DNA from: Candidatus Marinacidobacterales bacterium
GTDB taxonomy: Bacteria; Acidobacteriota; Vicinamibacteria; Marinacidobacterales; DATDRI01
Direction of reading: 5' to 3'
NCBI GenBank assembly: GCA_965219415.1
Contig: OZ244742.1
Coordinates: forward strand, 992,001-1,056,000
DNA length: 64,000 nt
The notes under the pieces are model-generated. The model was not told the DNA's origin. It saw only the letters and a program-made list of their open reading frames with translations, and did not search any database. Made by a program: the position numbers and the translations under genes. Below, in pieces: positions 1 through 10,309 of the stretch. The number at the start of each line of letters is the position of its first letter. Positions within the stretch are counted from its first letter, which is position 1.

Positions 1-1986
1 GGTGTCCTTGAAGGGATCGCCTACCGTATCGCCGACGACCGCGGCCTTGTGAGGTTCGGAGCCCTTGCCACCGAAGGCGCCGCCTTCGATGTGTTTCTTG
101 GCGTTGTCCCAAGCCCCCCCGGCGTTCGCCATGAAGATCGCGAGCAGCACGCCAGATACGATGGCGCCACCCAAGACCCCAGCGAGCAGGTTCTTGTCGA
201 TGAATCCGGCAACGACCGGGACCACGATCGCCATCAAACCCGGTACGATCATGCGCTTGAGAGCGGCCGCGGTGGCGATGTCAACGCACCTGGCGTAGTC
301 GGCGCGGGCGCCTTTCTTGCCTTCCAAGAGTCCCGGGATTTCTCGGAACTGCCGGCGCACCTCTTCTATCATGTCGAAAGCCGCTTCACCCACCGCCTTC
401 ATCGCCATCGAGGAGAACAAGAACGGCACCATGCCGCCGAGCAAGAGACCCGCAAGCACGGTCGGGTTCAGGATGGAGAGCTCCTCGGACTTCAGTTGCG
501 CCTGCTGCTGAAACGCGGCCATCAATGCCATGGCGGCTAGCGCGGCCGAGCCGATCGCAAAGCCCTTCCCGATGGCCGCGGTGGTGTTCCCAACCGCATC
601 GAGTTTGTCGGTCCGGGCCCGCACCTCTTTCGGAAGCTCGCTCATCTCCGCGATGCCTCCGGCGTTATCGGCGATGGGTCCATAAGCGTCCACCGCAAGC
701 TGGATTCCCACGGTGCATAGCATCCCGAGTCCGGCGAGCGCGATGCCGTAGAGACCTGCCAAATGGTGCGTCGCGAGGATCGCGATGGCAATGAGAAAGA
801 GAGGCAAGCCCGTTGAATTCATGCCCAAAGCCAGGCCAGCGATGATGTTGGTAGCCGCGCCGGTTTGCGACGCCTCGGCAACCCCCCGCACCGGGCCGCG
901 CGCTTCCGAAGTGTAATACTCGGTGACGAAACCGATCGCGGTGCCCACGGCGAGGCCGATGACCATCGCGCCGTAGAGATTAGCCCATGCCTCGGGACAG
1001 AGCGTGCGGATCACGGGGATCGCAACGATGAGCATGACCACCCCTGCCCCGATCGTCCCGGCATTGAGAGCCGTCTGCGGATTCTTCCCTTCTCCTGTTC
1101 TTACCGCAAAGGTACCGGCGATAGAACAAAGGATTCCCACCGCGGCGAGGACGAGGGGCAGAACAACATAGTTCAAGGGATTCGCCACCGGAGTACCCGC
1201 TGCCTCCAGGCCACGGACAAAGACCAATCCCAACACCATGCCACCGATGATCGCTCCCGCATACGACTCGAACAGGTCGGCTCCCATCCCGGCCACGTCA
1301 CCGACGTTGTCACCGACGTTGTCGGCGATCACGGCTGGATTCCGTGGATCGTCCTCGGGAATTCCCGCTTCGACCTTCCCGACGAGGTCGGCGCCGACAT
1401 CCGCCGACTTGGTGTAGATCCCGCCGCCGACACGAGCGAAGAGAGCGATGGAAGACGCCCCCAAGCTGAACCCGGAGAGAACCTGTAGCACTTGGTTTTG
1501 CATGACATCGAGTCCAGTGCCATAGAGATTCGTATAAAGAATGAAGAGAAGTGAGAGACCGAGTACGCCCAGGCCCACCACCGACATACCCATTACTACG
1601 CCACCGGAAAAGGCTATGTTGAGCGCTCGGGCAATCGACTCGCGGGCCGCGTTGGTCGTCCGGACATTCGCTTTCGTCGCCACCCGCATTCCGAAGAAAC
1701 CGGCGAGGGACGAGCAAAGCGCACCCACGATGAACGAGACGCCCACCATTTGAGTTCCGTTCGAGTAGTTCGCCAGGAAGAGCGCCACTGCCACAAAGAG
1801 GGCAAAAACCGCCAGGACCGAGTACTCTCGGCGCAGGAAGGCCATCGCTCCTTCGCTGATGTAGGACGCAATTTCCTTCATGCGATCGGTTCCCTGGTCC
1901 TGACGGGCGACGAAGCCGGCCTTGTACCAAGCGAAAAGGAGCGCTACCACGCCAAGCACGGGCGTCCACTGAACCACGCTATTCAC
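1..1986 (-). CDS. hppA: Membrane-bound K+-dependent (probably Na+-translocating) pyrophosphatase; 3' end runs off the window
   Basis: Manual minus-strand translation from GTG at 1986 (GGAGG RBS upstream): [62 protein letters not shown] at the edge. Missing from the ORF track because it has no stop in the window. Confidence 0.96.
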   Translation of the reverse strand, partial: MNSVVQWTPVLGVVALLFAWYKAGFVARQDQGTDRMKEIASYISEGAMAFLRREYSVLAVFALFVAVALFLANYSNGTQMVGVSFIVGALCSSLAGFFGMRVATKANVRTTNAARESIARALNIAFSGGVVMGMSVVGLGVLGLSLLFILYTNLYGTGLDVMQNQVLQVLSGFSLGASSIALFARVGGGIYTKSADVGADLVGKVEAGIPEDDPRNPAVIADNVGDNVGDVAGMGADLFESYAGAIIGGMVLGLVFVRGLEAAGTPVANPLNYVVLPLVLAAVGILCSIAGTFAVRTGEGKNPQTALNAGTIGAGVVMLIVAIPVIRTLCPEAWANLYGAMVIGLAVGTAIGFVTEYYTSEARGPVRGVAEASQTGAATNIIAGLALGMNSTGLPLFLIAIAILATHHLAGLYGIALAGLGMLCTVGIQLAVDAYGPIADNAGGIAEMSELPKEVRARTDKLDAVGNTTAAIGKGFAIGSAALAAMALMAAFQQQAQLKSEELSILNPTVLAGLLLGGMVPFLFSSMAMKAVGEAAFDMIEEVRRQFREIPGLLEGKKGARADYARCVDIATAAALKRMIVPGLMAIVVPVVAGFIDKNLLAGVLGGAIVSGVLLAIFMANAGGAWDNAKKHIEGGAFGGKGSEPHKAAVVGDTVGDPFKDT

Positions 1987-2219
1987 CCTCTACCTCCTCG
2001 TGTCCTTTACATAAGGTGGGACCTACCGGGCTCCGCCGTGACTGACTTGGCCGAGCCCACACAGAAGACGGCATTCTACCGGAACCGAGCCGGTACCCCA
2101 AGCCCTATTTCGACCCGGAAAGCCTTTGAATTCAACGAGGCCGGCGCATAGAATGACCGAACCCTGCGCTAGCCCCAAGCGCGGGGAACTGAGGCTAACA
2201 TCATGGAGGTCGACGAAGC

Positions 2220-3047
2220 GTGCGAATAACGCGCCTTGCCCTACTCTTCTCCTTCCTTTCTTTTCTAGCAGGCCTAGCAGGGTCCGCCACAGCGCAAAAC
2301 CTAGACTACCCGGTCGACGTGGCGGTCGACTCGAAGGGCGGGATTTACGTGGCCGATAACCAGGCTCACGCGCTCTTCAAGCTCGAAGGCGGCGGCGTGA
2401 AGGTCGTTGCCAAAGGGGAAGGACTTCCCCGTACGCCGCTTTTCGGCATCCGACACATCGCGCCGGACAAGAACGAGGGCGTCTGGATAGCGAGCGATCC
2501 GGCCACCATGAAGCTCTACCGCATCGACGCGGCGGGCAACATCAATCCCGTCGCCGACGATGAACGCTTCGTGACCCCCTGGGGGATTTTGGTCGAGCCA
2601 TCGGGTGACATCCTGGCAGTGGACCGCGTTACTCAACGTCTGCGCCGGGTCACCGCGGATGGAGTTACCGATGTCGCCGAGGTGCAAGCGCCGCGCACCA
2701 TTCTTCTCGATAAAAAGGGCGCCATCGTCATACTCACCGATCGCAATCTCGAGAAGGTCGGAGGCGACGGCAAGACCGAACCTCTTCTCGACTCACCACC
2801 CTTCGAGTTTCCCCACGACGCCGTCTTGCATCCCAACGGGAACTACTACGTCAGCGACGGTTACGCCCGAGCCATCTGGCAGGTCACGCCGTCCGGTGAA
2901 GTGAGTGCACTAGTTCAAGGCGACCCTCTGAAGAGTCCTCAAGGTCTCGCGCTGGACGGCAAAGGAAACATCCTGGTCGCCGACCCTCACGCCCAAAGCA
3001 TCTTTCAGGTGAGCATCAAGGGAGAGATCAAGACTCTGGCGCCCTAA
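2220..3047 (+). CDS. Secreted NHL-repeat / SMP-30-like beta-propeller protein
   Basis: Signal peptide; repeated PxDVAVDxxGxIYVAD-type blades. Confidence 0.8.
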   Translation: MRITRLALLFSFLSFLAGLAGSATAQNLDYPVDVAVDSKGGIYVADNQAHALFKLEGGGVKVVAKGEGLPRTPLFGIRHIAPDKNEGVWIASDPATMKLYRIDAAGNINPVADDERFVTPWGILVEPSGDILAVDRVTQRLRRVTADGVTDVAEVQAPRTILLDKKGAIVILTDRNLEKVGGDGKTEPLLDSPPFEFPHDAVLHPNGNYYVSDGYARAIWQVTPSGEVSALVQGDPLKSPQGLALDGKGNILVADPHAQSIFQVSIKGEIKTLAP

Positions 3048-3123
3048 GGGGTCCTCCACGCACGCTGTGGTACACTGCGAAAGTTTTTTTGAACGTTTGA
3101 GCGAATAGTCCGGAGGGAGATCG

Positions 3124-4500
3124 ATGGCATCGCCTAACGAGCGCGGAAGCTGGGGCTCGCGCACGGGGTTCATTCTCGCCGCCGCAGGCTCAGCCGTGGG
3201 ACTCGGCAACATCTGGGGTTTTCCGACACGGGTCGGCCAAGGAGGCGGCGCTGCCTTCGTGGTCGTCTACTTGCTGTGCGTCTTTCTAGTATGCGCCCCC
3301 ATCATGATGGCAGAGCTCGTTTTGGGGCGAGGATCGCAGAGAGATCCGGTCGGTGCGTACCGATTCTTCCGGCCCAATTCCAAGTGGTGGATGGTGGGAG
3401 CGCTCGGCGTCCTCGCCGGCGTGGGCATTCTTTCCTTCTACGCCGTCATCGCCGGCTGGACGGTGGCCTACATCTGGTTTACGGCAACCAGCAGCATCAG
3501 CGGCAACGCCGAGGAGATCCAGAACGCCTTCACGACCTTCGCCGCCAACGGCCCCCTCAACGTTTTTCTCACCTTTCTTTTTCTCGCGATTACGGCTGGA
3601 TGCATCATCACCGGCGTCCGGTCCGGCATCGAGCGCGTCACCAAGGCGTTGATGCCGTCGCTCATTATCTTGCTCATCCTTCTAGCTCTCCGAGCTATCA
3701 CCCTACCAGGAGCGGCCGAGGGTCTCGCCTATTACCTGCGGCCCGATTTCAGCAAGATCATGGACGTCGGCGTGCTGAGTGCCGCGCTCGGCCAAGCATT
3801 CTTCTCTTTGAGCTTGGGCATGGGATGCATGATCACCTACGGAAGCTACCTGAAGAAAACTGAGGGTATCGCGCGCGCCGCCCTCTTCGTCATTTGCCTG
3901 GACACGGTGATGGCGCTCCTCGCCGGGTTCATTATCTTTCCCGCCGGCTTCTCCATCGAAGGATTCGATCCCAGCGCCTCCGGTCCCGGCCTGATCTTCA
4001 ATGTCCTTCCGCAGTTGTTCTCCACCCTGCCCGGGGGGGCCCTTTTTGGCACGGCCTTCTTCGTTCTTCTGGCCATGGCGGCGCTCACGTCGACGATCTC
4101 GTTGCTCGAAGTACCGGTCTCCCACTTCATCGACGAATATGGTTGGAATCGCAAGAAAGCGGTCCTCGTCATCGCCGCTGCCACGTTCCTGCTCGCTATC
4201 CCCTCTGCGCTCGGCAATGGAGCCGTGGCCGCGCTAAGCAATTTCTCCGGCGCGTTGGGAGGTAGCTTCCATGGCCTGATGATCATGCTGTGGAACAACT
4301 ATGCGCTTCCGATCGGGGGTTTCCTGACCGCCATCTTCGTCGGCTACGTCTGGACGTCGGAAGCGGCGATCAAGGAACTAATGTCGAACAACGCCTGGTT
4401 TCCATACCCCAAGTTCTGGGCCGCTTTGATACGGTTCGTCTCTCCGGTAGCCATCGCGCTCATTATTCTCGTGACGGCGTGGCCATTGTTCTCGTCATAG
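3124..4500 (+). CDS. Sodium-dependent transporter, NSS/SNF family
   Basis: RGSWGSRTGFILAAAGSAVGLGNIWGFP and GQAFFSLSLG motifs; many TM segments. Confidence 0.95.
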   Translation: MASPNERGSWGSRTGFILAAAGSAVGLGNIWGFPTRVGQGGGAAFVVVYLLCVFLVCAPIMMAELVLGRGSQRDPVGAYRFFRPNSKWWMVGALGVLAGVGILSFYAVIAGWTVAYIWFTATSSISGNAEEIQNAFTTFAANGPLNVFLTFLFLAITAGCIITGVRSGIERVTKALMPSLIILLILLALRAITLPGAAEGLAYYLRPDFSKIMDVGVLSAALGQAFFSLSLGMGCMITYGSYLKKTEGIARAALFVICLDTVMALLAGFIIFPAGFSIEGFDPSASGPGLIFNVLPQLFSTLPGGALFGTAFFVLLAMAALTSTISLLEVPVSHFIDEYGWNRKKAVLVIAAATFLLAIPSALGNGAVAALSNFSGALGGSFHGLMIMLWNNYALPIGGFLTAIFVGYVWTSEAAIKELMSNNAWFPYPKFWAALIRFVSPVAIALIILVTAWPLFSS

Positions 4501-4527
4501 GCCCACCGATTATCCTGGGAGAAATTC

Positions 4528-5931
4528 ATGGATGGTTCATTCGTCGCTAACCTGACCAACCAGATCGACGCTCTATCTAATCTCATCTACCAGTGGTACG
4601 CGATACCGTTCATCCTCGTCGTCGTAGGCGGCTGGCTGACGGTGCGGACGGGCTTCGTACAGATTCGACGGTTCCCAGCAGCTCTGCGATTCGTGAGGCA
4701 GGGCGCCTTCAAACATGACGTCGAGGGAGAAGGAACCATCACACCTTTCCAGGCTCTTTCCACCGCACTCGCATCGACCGTCGGCAACGGTAACATCGGC
4801 GGAGTGGCCACCGCCATCCTGGTGGGAGGACCGGGCGCTATCTTCTGGATGTGGGTCACCGCGGCCGTCGGAATGGCGACCAAGTACTCGGAGGCTGTTC
4901 TAGGAGTTCATTACCGGGTGACCACGGAGACCGGCGAGTACGCGAGCGGGCCGATGTACTACATCACGCGTGGACTCCCTTGGCCCCGTCTCGCCAAGGT
5001 CCTGGCCTACATGTTTTGCTTTTTCGGCGCCGCCACTGCACTGGTCGGTACCGGCAACATGGCGCAGTCCAACACAATTGCCAGGACGTTCGTGAAAGCT
5101 GCGAGCTCCGCCTTTGACGTTGACGTACCTCTTTGGGCACCCGGGATCCTCATCACCGTCGCGGTGGGACTCGTGCTCCTCGGTGGGATTCAGCGAATTG
5201 CCTCAGTAGCCGAGAAGCTCGTTCCCGCAATGATTGTGATCTATCTCGTCGCGGGTCTCTCGTATATGGCGATAAACTTCACCCAAATTCCTGCGGTGCT
5301 CGGACTCATCTTCGAGCGTGCCTTTACGCCGATGGCCGCGTTGGGAGGCTTCGTCGGTGTGAGCGTCGCCAACGCCATCGCTGCTGGAATCAGCCGCGGC
5401 GTTCTGTCCAACGAAGCCGGAATGGGGAGTGCTCCCATCGCCCACGGTATCGCCAAGGTCAAACATCCGGCGGAACAAGGCGTTGTCGGGATATTCGAAG
5501 TCTTCACCGACACCATCGTGGTGTGCTCCATCACCGCTTTCATCATCCTCTCGTCCGGACTGTGGACGGAAGCGTCTTATCAAAATGCGAGCGGAGATCT
5601 CACCGCGGGAGCGCTCGCCACTACCATCCCAGGAGCAACTCTCATCGTCGCTCTTGCCTCGTTCCTTTTCGGGTTCTCGACCCTCATTGGTTGGTATTAC
5701 TACGGCGAAAAGTGCATCGAGTTCCTGTTCGGTACGAAGGTGATCATGCCCTATCGATACCTTTTCACCGCGCTGGTGATGGTGGGTTCGGTCGCGAGCG
5801 TACCGCTGGTATGGGCATTAGGAACGCTTCTGAACGGGTTTATGGCATTCCCGAATCTTCTCGCGCTTCTTGCCTTATCGGGCGTGGTCAGAAAACTGAC
5901 ACTCGAGTACTTCAATAAAGACCGCACCTAG
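4528..5931 (+). CDS. Alanine/glycine:cation symporter (AgcS family)
   Basis: TVGNGNIGGVATAI, GGPGAIFWMW, SNEAGMGSAPIAH motifs. Confidence 0.95.
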   Translation: MDGSFVANLTNQIDALSNLIYQWYAIPFILVVVGGWLTVRTGFVQIRRFPAALRFVRQGAFKHDVEGEGTITPFQALSTALASTVGNGNIGGVATAILVGGPGAIFWMWVTAAVGMATKYSEAVLGVHYRVTTETGEYASGPMYYITRGLPWPRLAKVLAYMFCFFGAATALVGTGNMAQSNTIARTFVKAASSAFDVDVPLWAPGILITVAVGLVLLGGIQRIASVAEKLVPAMIVIYLVAGLSYMAINFTQIPAVLGLIFERAFTPMAALGGFVGVSVANAIAAGISRGVLSNEAGMGSAPIAHGIAKVKHPAEQGVVGIFEVFTDTIVVCSITAFIILSSGLWTEASYQNASGDLTAGALATTIPGATLIVALASFLFGFSTLIGWYYYGEKCIEFLFGTKVIMPYRYLFTALVMVGSVASVPLVWALGTLLNGFMAFPNLLALLALSGVVRKLTLEYFNKDRT

Positions 5932-6780
5932 GCGGAAGCAACCGCGGTCGAGCCAAGATAAGAAATCCACGACCGCTTCCGCCCAACCTCGGGGAGCAGG
6001 TGCTACCCGGTGCGCTTCGGGAAGCGCTTCGATCAGAGTCGGATCGTGGCCCTCGACGCCGGCGACGACGTAGGCTCGATCCACCTCACGAAGAAAAGGC
6101 AAATCGTTTTCGGCGTCGCCGAGTCCGGCCGACACCCAAGACTTGCCCGAACCTCGATAGAGCCGCAGCAGCTCCCTTACCGCTCTCCCTTTGTCGCAAC
6201 CGCCCATCGCGTGATAGAAACGGCCGCCACGTGTCACGTTGAGGCCGTTTGCCTCGAGCATCTCCATGGCTTTTCTGCTACGTTGGTCTTCCTCGCCATC
6301 GTCGAGGAAGGGCTCGTCGAACTCTCTTTCCTTCGCCCGCCGGGCTTCGTAGAGGGAAAGCCCAGTAAGTGCGGCCAAGTCTTCCGCCTCGATCTCGTGG
6401 AAGCCTCGCAGTGATGCCCCGGTGGCTCGCTTCGCCTCGTCGAACGCCGCAACGACTTCATCGTACGGAGTTCCCCAGCGCACGACGTCGTATCGACCCG
6501 AAGCGTCGGGCGCCCCTACCTCGCCGCTAAAAGTCCCGCGAGGAACGTAGGCCGCGCCTCCGTTTTCGACGACGAAAGGATCTTTCAGCTCCAGGGCTTC
6601 ACGAAGGGGCTCGATCTCGGCGCGTGTCTTGCTGCTTACGAGAATGACCGGTACCCGACCTTCACGCAAGGCAGCGAGAGCGGGTCGCGCATCATCGAAG
6701 GAATAATTCTCACTATCAAGGAGGGTGCCGTCGAGATCGCTGACCACGACGCCGGATGTTTTGCCGCGCGGAGCTGGCAC
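5875..6780 (-). CDS. Mannosyl/glucosyl-3-phosphoglycerate phosphatase, HAD-IIB family
   Basis: SDLDGTLLD, SSKTRAE, ENGG, REFDEPF, GGRFYH, GLGDAEND motifs. The C-terminal overlap with the AgcS gene is probably an indel artefact (alternative-frame TAG near 5928). Confidence 0.88.
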   Translation of the reverse strand: MPAPRGKTSGVVVSDLDGTLLDSENYSFDDARPALAALREGRVPVILVSSKTRAEIEPLREALELKDPFVVENGGAAYVPRGTFSGEVGAPDASGRYDVVRWGTPYDEVVAAFDEAKRATGASLRGFHEIEAEDLAALTGLSLYEARRAKEREFDEPFLDDGEEDQRSRKAMEMLEANGLNVTRGGRFYHAMGGCDKGRAVRELLRLYRGSGKSWVSAGLGDAENDLPFLREVDRAYVVAGVEGHDPTLIEALPEAHRVAPAPRGWAEAVVDFLSWLDRGCFRLGAVFIEVLECQFSDHAR

Positions 6781-6855
6781 CAGTAGAGATCCTTCGGGCT
6801 CGAATCGACCCGAAGTATAGCAGAGCCGGCTTGTGCGCTAGCTCACAGCGGTTGA

Positions 6856-7491
6856 CTACGGCGCGAGCGGTGTTTCACTCTCAAGACGTGTTCGATCGGT
6901 CAGTCGGGTAAGCAACAACTCTTGTGTGGCACCATCCAGATCCAAGTGGCTCCAGGTCAACGCTTTCCGTTTCAACTTCGGAGCGAGCAACCCACCGCCA
7001 TCGTGTCCATGTTCGGGAACAACGGCATGGATGACCTCGTGAGTAACGACGCGCGCCAGACCGCGGGCGATGATGGCCACTTCCTTGGGCGGCCGCATGT
7101 GCTCTACCACGGGTTTGTACCCGAGCGTGCGCAGGACATTGGGGAGGAATATGAACGCGGTGCCTCTCGGAACCTTGTTACCTATGACGACTCCCATCGT
7201 ATGTTTCGGGAGCTTCCAGCGGGTCGGGTCCGTTGCCCTCAAGACGATTCGAATCCGGACTCTCGACGCAATCGGGCTATTCTCATCATCCCAACTCACG
7301 CGGATTCCCATCTCTCCGAAAACACCCTCGATGTCCCGCGCGACCCGATCGAACCCCTGAGGAAGCAGGTTGCAGGAATCGGTCCAGGTGAGGACCAGGT
7401 GGGGAGCTACTTGACCTGACGGCTGCGCGCCCGCAGCGGCACTAAAGAACATCAAGCTCACGACCAACTCTGTCAAACTCTGGAACTTCAT
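6856..7491 (-). CDS. Secreted hypothetical protein with zincin-like HEXXH motif
   Basis: Signal peptide; ARVVTHEVIHAVVPEHGHDGGGLL; GGAGG RBS. Confidence 0.7.
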   Translation of the reverse strand: MKFQSLTELVVSLMFFSAAAGAQPSGQVAPHLVLTWTDSCNLLPQGFDRVARDIEGVFGEMGIRVSWDDENSPIASRVRIRIVLRATDPTRWKLPKHTMGVVIGNKVPRGTAFIFLPNVLRTLGYKPVVEHMRPPKEVAIIARGLARVVTHEVIHAVVPEHGHDGGGLLAPKLKRKALTWSHLDLDGATQELLLTRLTDRTRLESETPLAP

Positions 7492-7565
7492 TTCTGACCT
7501 CCTCGGCCGAGCTCGATGCGGCTCGAGCTCGATGAGGCCAGGGTTGCAGGGGGGTGGAAAAGAAG

Positions 7566-7616
7566 TCTTTAGCGGAGGGGTAGGCTTTCCTTAGATATTC
7601 CTTAGCTTGGGGTTAG
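7566..7616. promoter_or_regulatory. Five 11-bp-phased direct repeats (TAG core, best copies TTCCTTAG); putative OmpR/CadC-type wHTH binding array
   Basis: TAG at 7570, 7581, 7592, 7603 and 7614, upstream of the 7491 gene. Confidence 0.55.
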
Positions 7617-7819
7617 GGACTCAACGAATTGAACTGAAAAGACTTACGTGAGGAAGAAGGAGTGAGATTACCGGAAGGTCGCGAGGGTGGATCACGTGAT
7701 CCGAGTTTTAAGCCAGGGCGGAGTAGCTTCGAAGTCATGCTGGCTCATCTGATTCCTTCGAAGGAGCCCCAAGGCGGACGATTCCACAGGGGTGCTACGG
7801 AAGGTAACGGTGCCATTGA

Positions 7820-9983
7820 CTAGCGGAAATTCTCGACCAGCATGATGTCGGATTCCGTCTGCTCGGACCGAACGTAGAGAATCCATTTCTCGTCGGGCGA
7901 CACCGAAAGCCAATTATTGAGAGGCGGATGTTCGAGCACGGCGACGTGGCTCACCTCCTCCGAGGCAAAGTCGAAGAGCTCGATGGTCGGCCCCGGCTCC
8001 GCCTCGCGATTAGAGAAGTAGATGCCCTTGTCGGTGGGCGTCCAGTCACCCCAGCCAACCTTTTCGAGAATCTGCGCTTCCTCCCCACCATCGATGGGTA
8101 TGCGCCAGATGCCGGCAGGGCCTCCGGCCGGGATTCGCATGACCCGCCCCGGTACAGCCTGGTGGCTCCGAGTTTGCTTGGCAAAGTAGAGGAACGCGCC
8201 GTCTTCTGATTCGAAAGCGTGAGTGCCTCGGCTTTTGGAGATCTGGATCGCTTCGCCACCGCGGCAGGCATCCTCCATATATCCAGTCTTCCCGTTCGGT
8301 TGGAGGCAAAGTAAATCGAGCGACCGTCTCTCGACAAGCTAGGAGCGGTTTCGTTCCAAGTCTCCGTCGTCAGTCGACGCAAGAAGCCTCCCGTCGCGCC
8401 TACGATATAGATATCTGCGCTGCCTTCCTTCGTGGACCAGAATGCAATTTGCTTTCCATCCGGTGACCAGCCTCCTTTGACCGTTACCGGATGCTCGAGA
8501 AAGGTTAGCTGTCTCGGGTTCGTGCCATCACTGTCACAGACCCAGATCTCCCGATATCCAGAACGAGTGGAATTGAAGAGAATTGTTGCTCCATCCGGAG
8601 AATACTGAGGCATCGTGTTCAGGCCCGTCGACGCGATGAAGCGTTCTGGAGTGTTGGTTCCTTGGCCCGCCGCCGGCCCAGCCACGCGCCAAATATTCCA
8701 ATTGAAATCGAGTCTCTCGTACGCGAGACGTCGGCCTTGCCGGGAAAAGGACGGGGATACTCCTTGCTCCCCGACCTCCAGAGGCTCTGGCTCTCCTCCG
8801 GAGGCTCTGGCTCTCCTCCGGAGGCCGAGACTCGCCATAGGCTCCAATGCCCCACTCGACCCGGACGACCCGACGAGAACACGATGTGCGCTCCGTTGCG
8901 GGTCCAGTCCAACCCACTGATTAAATAGTTACCGAACGTCAGACGTCGTTCGTCCCCGCTCTCGACCGATACGAGGCAAATGTCACTCCCGCCACCCGCC
9001 AAACGATCAAAGGCCACGGTCATGCCGTCGGGCGAGAATCGCGGCGTGGCGTCGCCGCCGGCAACGTGGGGAGGTGGTGCGGTCAATTTTCGCCTCTCAC
9101 CGGTCCGGAGCGAAATCAAGTAGATGCTGTCGGGACTTTCGGGAGTTTCTCGGTGCGATAGGGCGAGGAGCGACCCCATTGGGAAACCAGGAGAGTCCGT
9201 GCGGACTTCGGAAAACTCCAATCTGCCGTTCCGCACCACCCAACGCCGGTATGAGGAAGACGCCGTCGATCAGAGCGTCTTCGTCCGCATCCACGTGCCG
9301 AATGAACGCGATGCGCTGGCCATCGGGCGACCACGCCGGCGTATAAACATCGCCTAACCCGGAGCTGATGGCGAGGGGCTCGCCGCCATCGATTTGCTTG
9401 ACATACAGATCCGTCGTGCCAGCCTCTCCGATCCGCGTGAAGGCAACCAAGCTGCCGTCCGGCGACAAGGCCGGCCCCCACTCTTGGCCCGGATAACTCG
9501 TCAGAGGGATGGTTTTCGGTGGCGGCCCAGGCGCTTCACGAGTGACGTAGACCCAAAATCCCACCGCGACCACCAAGGCGCCGATGGCGGCGCCCCCAAC
9601 CCACGTCTGCCACCGTGGTCTCTCCGGAACGGCAGCCGGCACGCTCGCCGACTCGCCCTCCCAGGTGACCTCTGAAATCAAACGATAACCCTTCTTCGGA
9701 ATCGTCTGGATGAGCCGCGGCTCCTTCGCGTCGTCGCCGAGCGCTTTGCGAAGCTCCGAAATCGTGTAAGTAAGTGCCTCGTCTGTTACGAATGCGCCCT
9801 CCCACACGTCTCGAACCAATTCCTCTTTGGTGACGAGTTGGGCCTGCGTGCTCGGCGAGATACACCAAGACCTGCATGACGCGAGGTTGGAGTTTGACCC
9901 GGCCGCTCGCTCCAACGGCCTGTCCTAGGTCAGGTTCGATCAGCCAATCGTCGATGCGGAAAGGATTTTCCAGGGCGCTTCAC
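7820..9983 (-). pseudogene. CadC/ToxR-like winged-helix + TM + TolB/PD40 beta-propeller regulator, broken by several frameshifts
   Basis: [25 protein letters not shown] / [31 protein letters not shown]; TM; repeated SPDG blades spread over ORFs 9097-9915, 8619-9239, 7951-8847 and 7820-8278; ends DIMLVENFR. Start approximate. Confidence 0.85.
8781..8820. repeat. Perfect 20-bp tandem duplication (GAGGCTCTGGCTCTCCTCCG x2) causing a frameshift
   Basis: Directly visible at 8781-8800 and 8801-8820. Confidence 0.9.
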
Positions 9984-10309
9984 TCCGCGGGCCAGAAAGA
10001 TTCTAGGGTTGTATCCCCGCTCCAAAGCGCAAAGCAAAGTCTCTGTTAACTGTGAAAATAGAGCGATTCACTTCCACTCGTCGCCTCCTGCACTTCGAAT
10101 CGCACGTGGGGGGCATTTCCCCCCGCGGTTGGCGCGAGCCCCTCAGCCGAGACTACGCCGGCAAGTCGATTGCCGTCGTAAGTGACTTCGTTAAAAAGAG
10201 TTAGCCAGTCACCGCAAAGCGGTAAACGGCGGCACGGCCCTTGCTGTGAATGAGCTGAGCAGGAGAGGTGCGGCGACTTGCCGCCCCCTGAAGTTGATAA
10301 ATCGTTGCC

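Noticed and set aside
49-1488. Long plus-strand ORFs (49-540, 865-1488)
   Set aside because: Antisense shadows of hppA, which is common in GC-rich DNA
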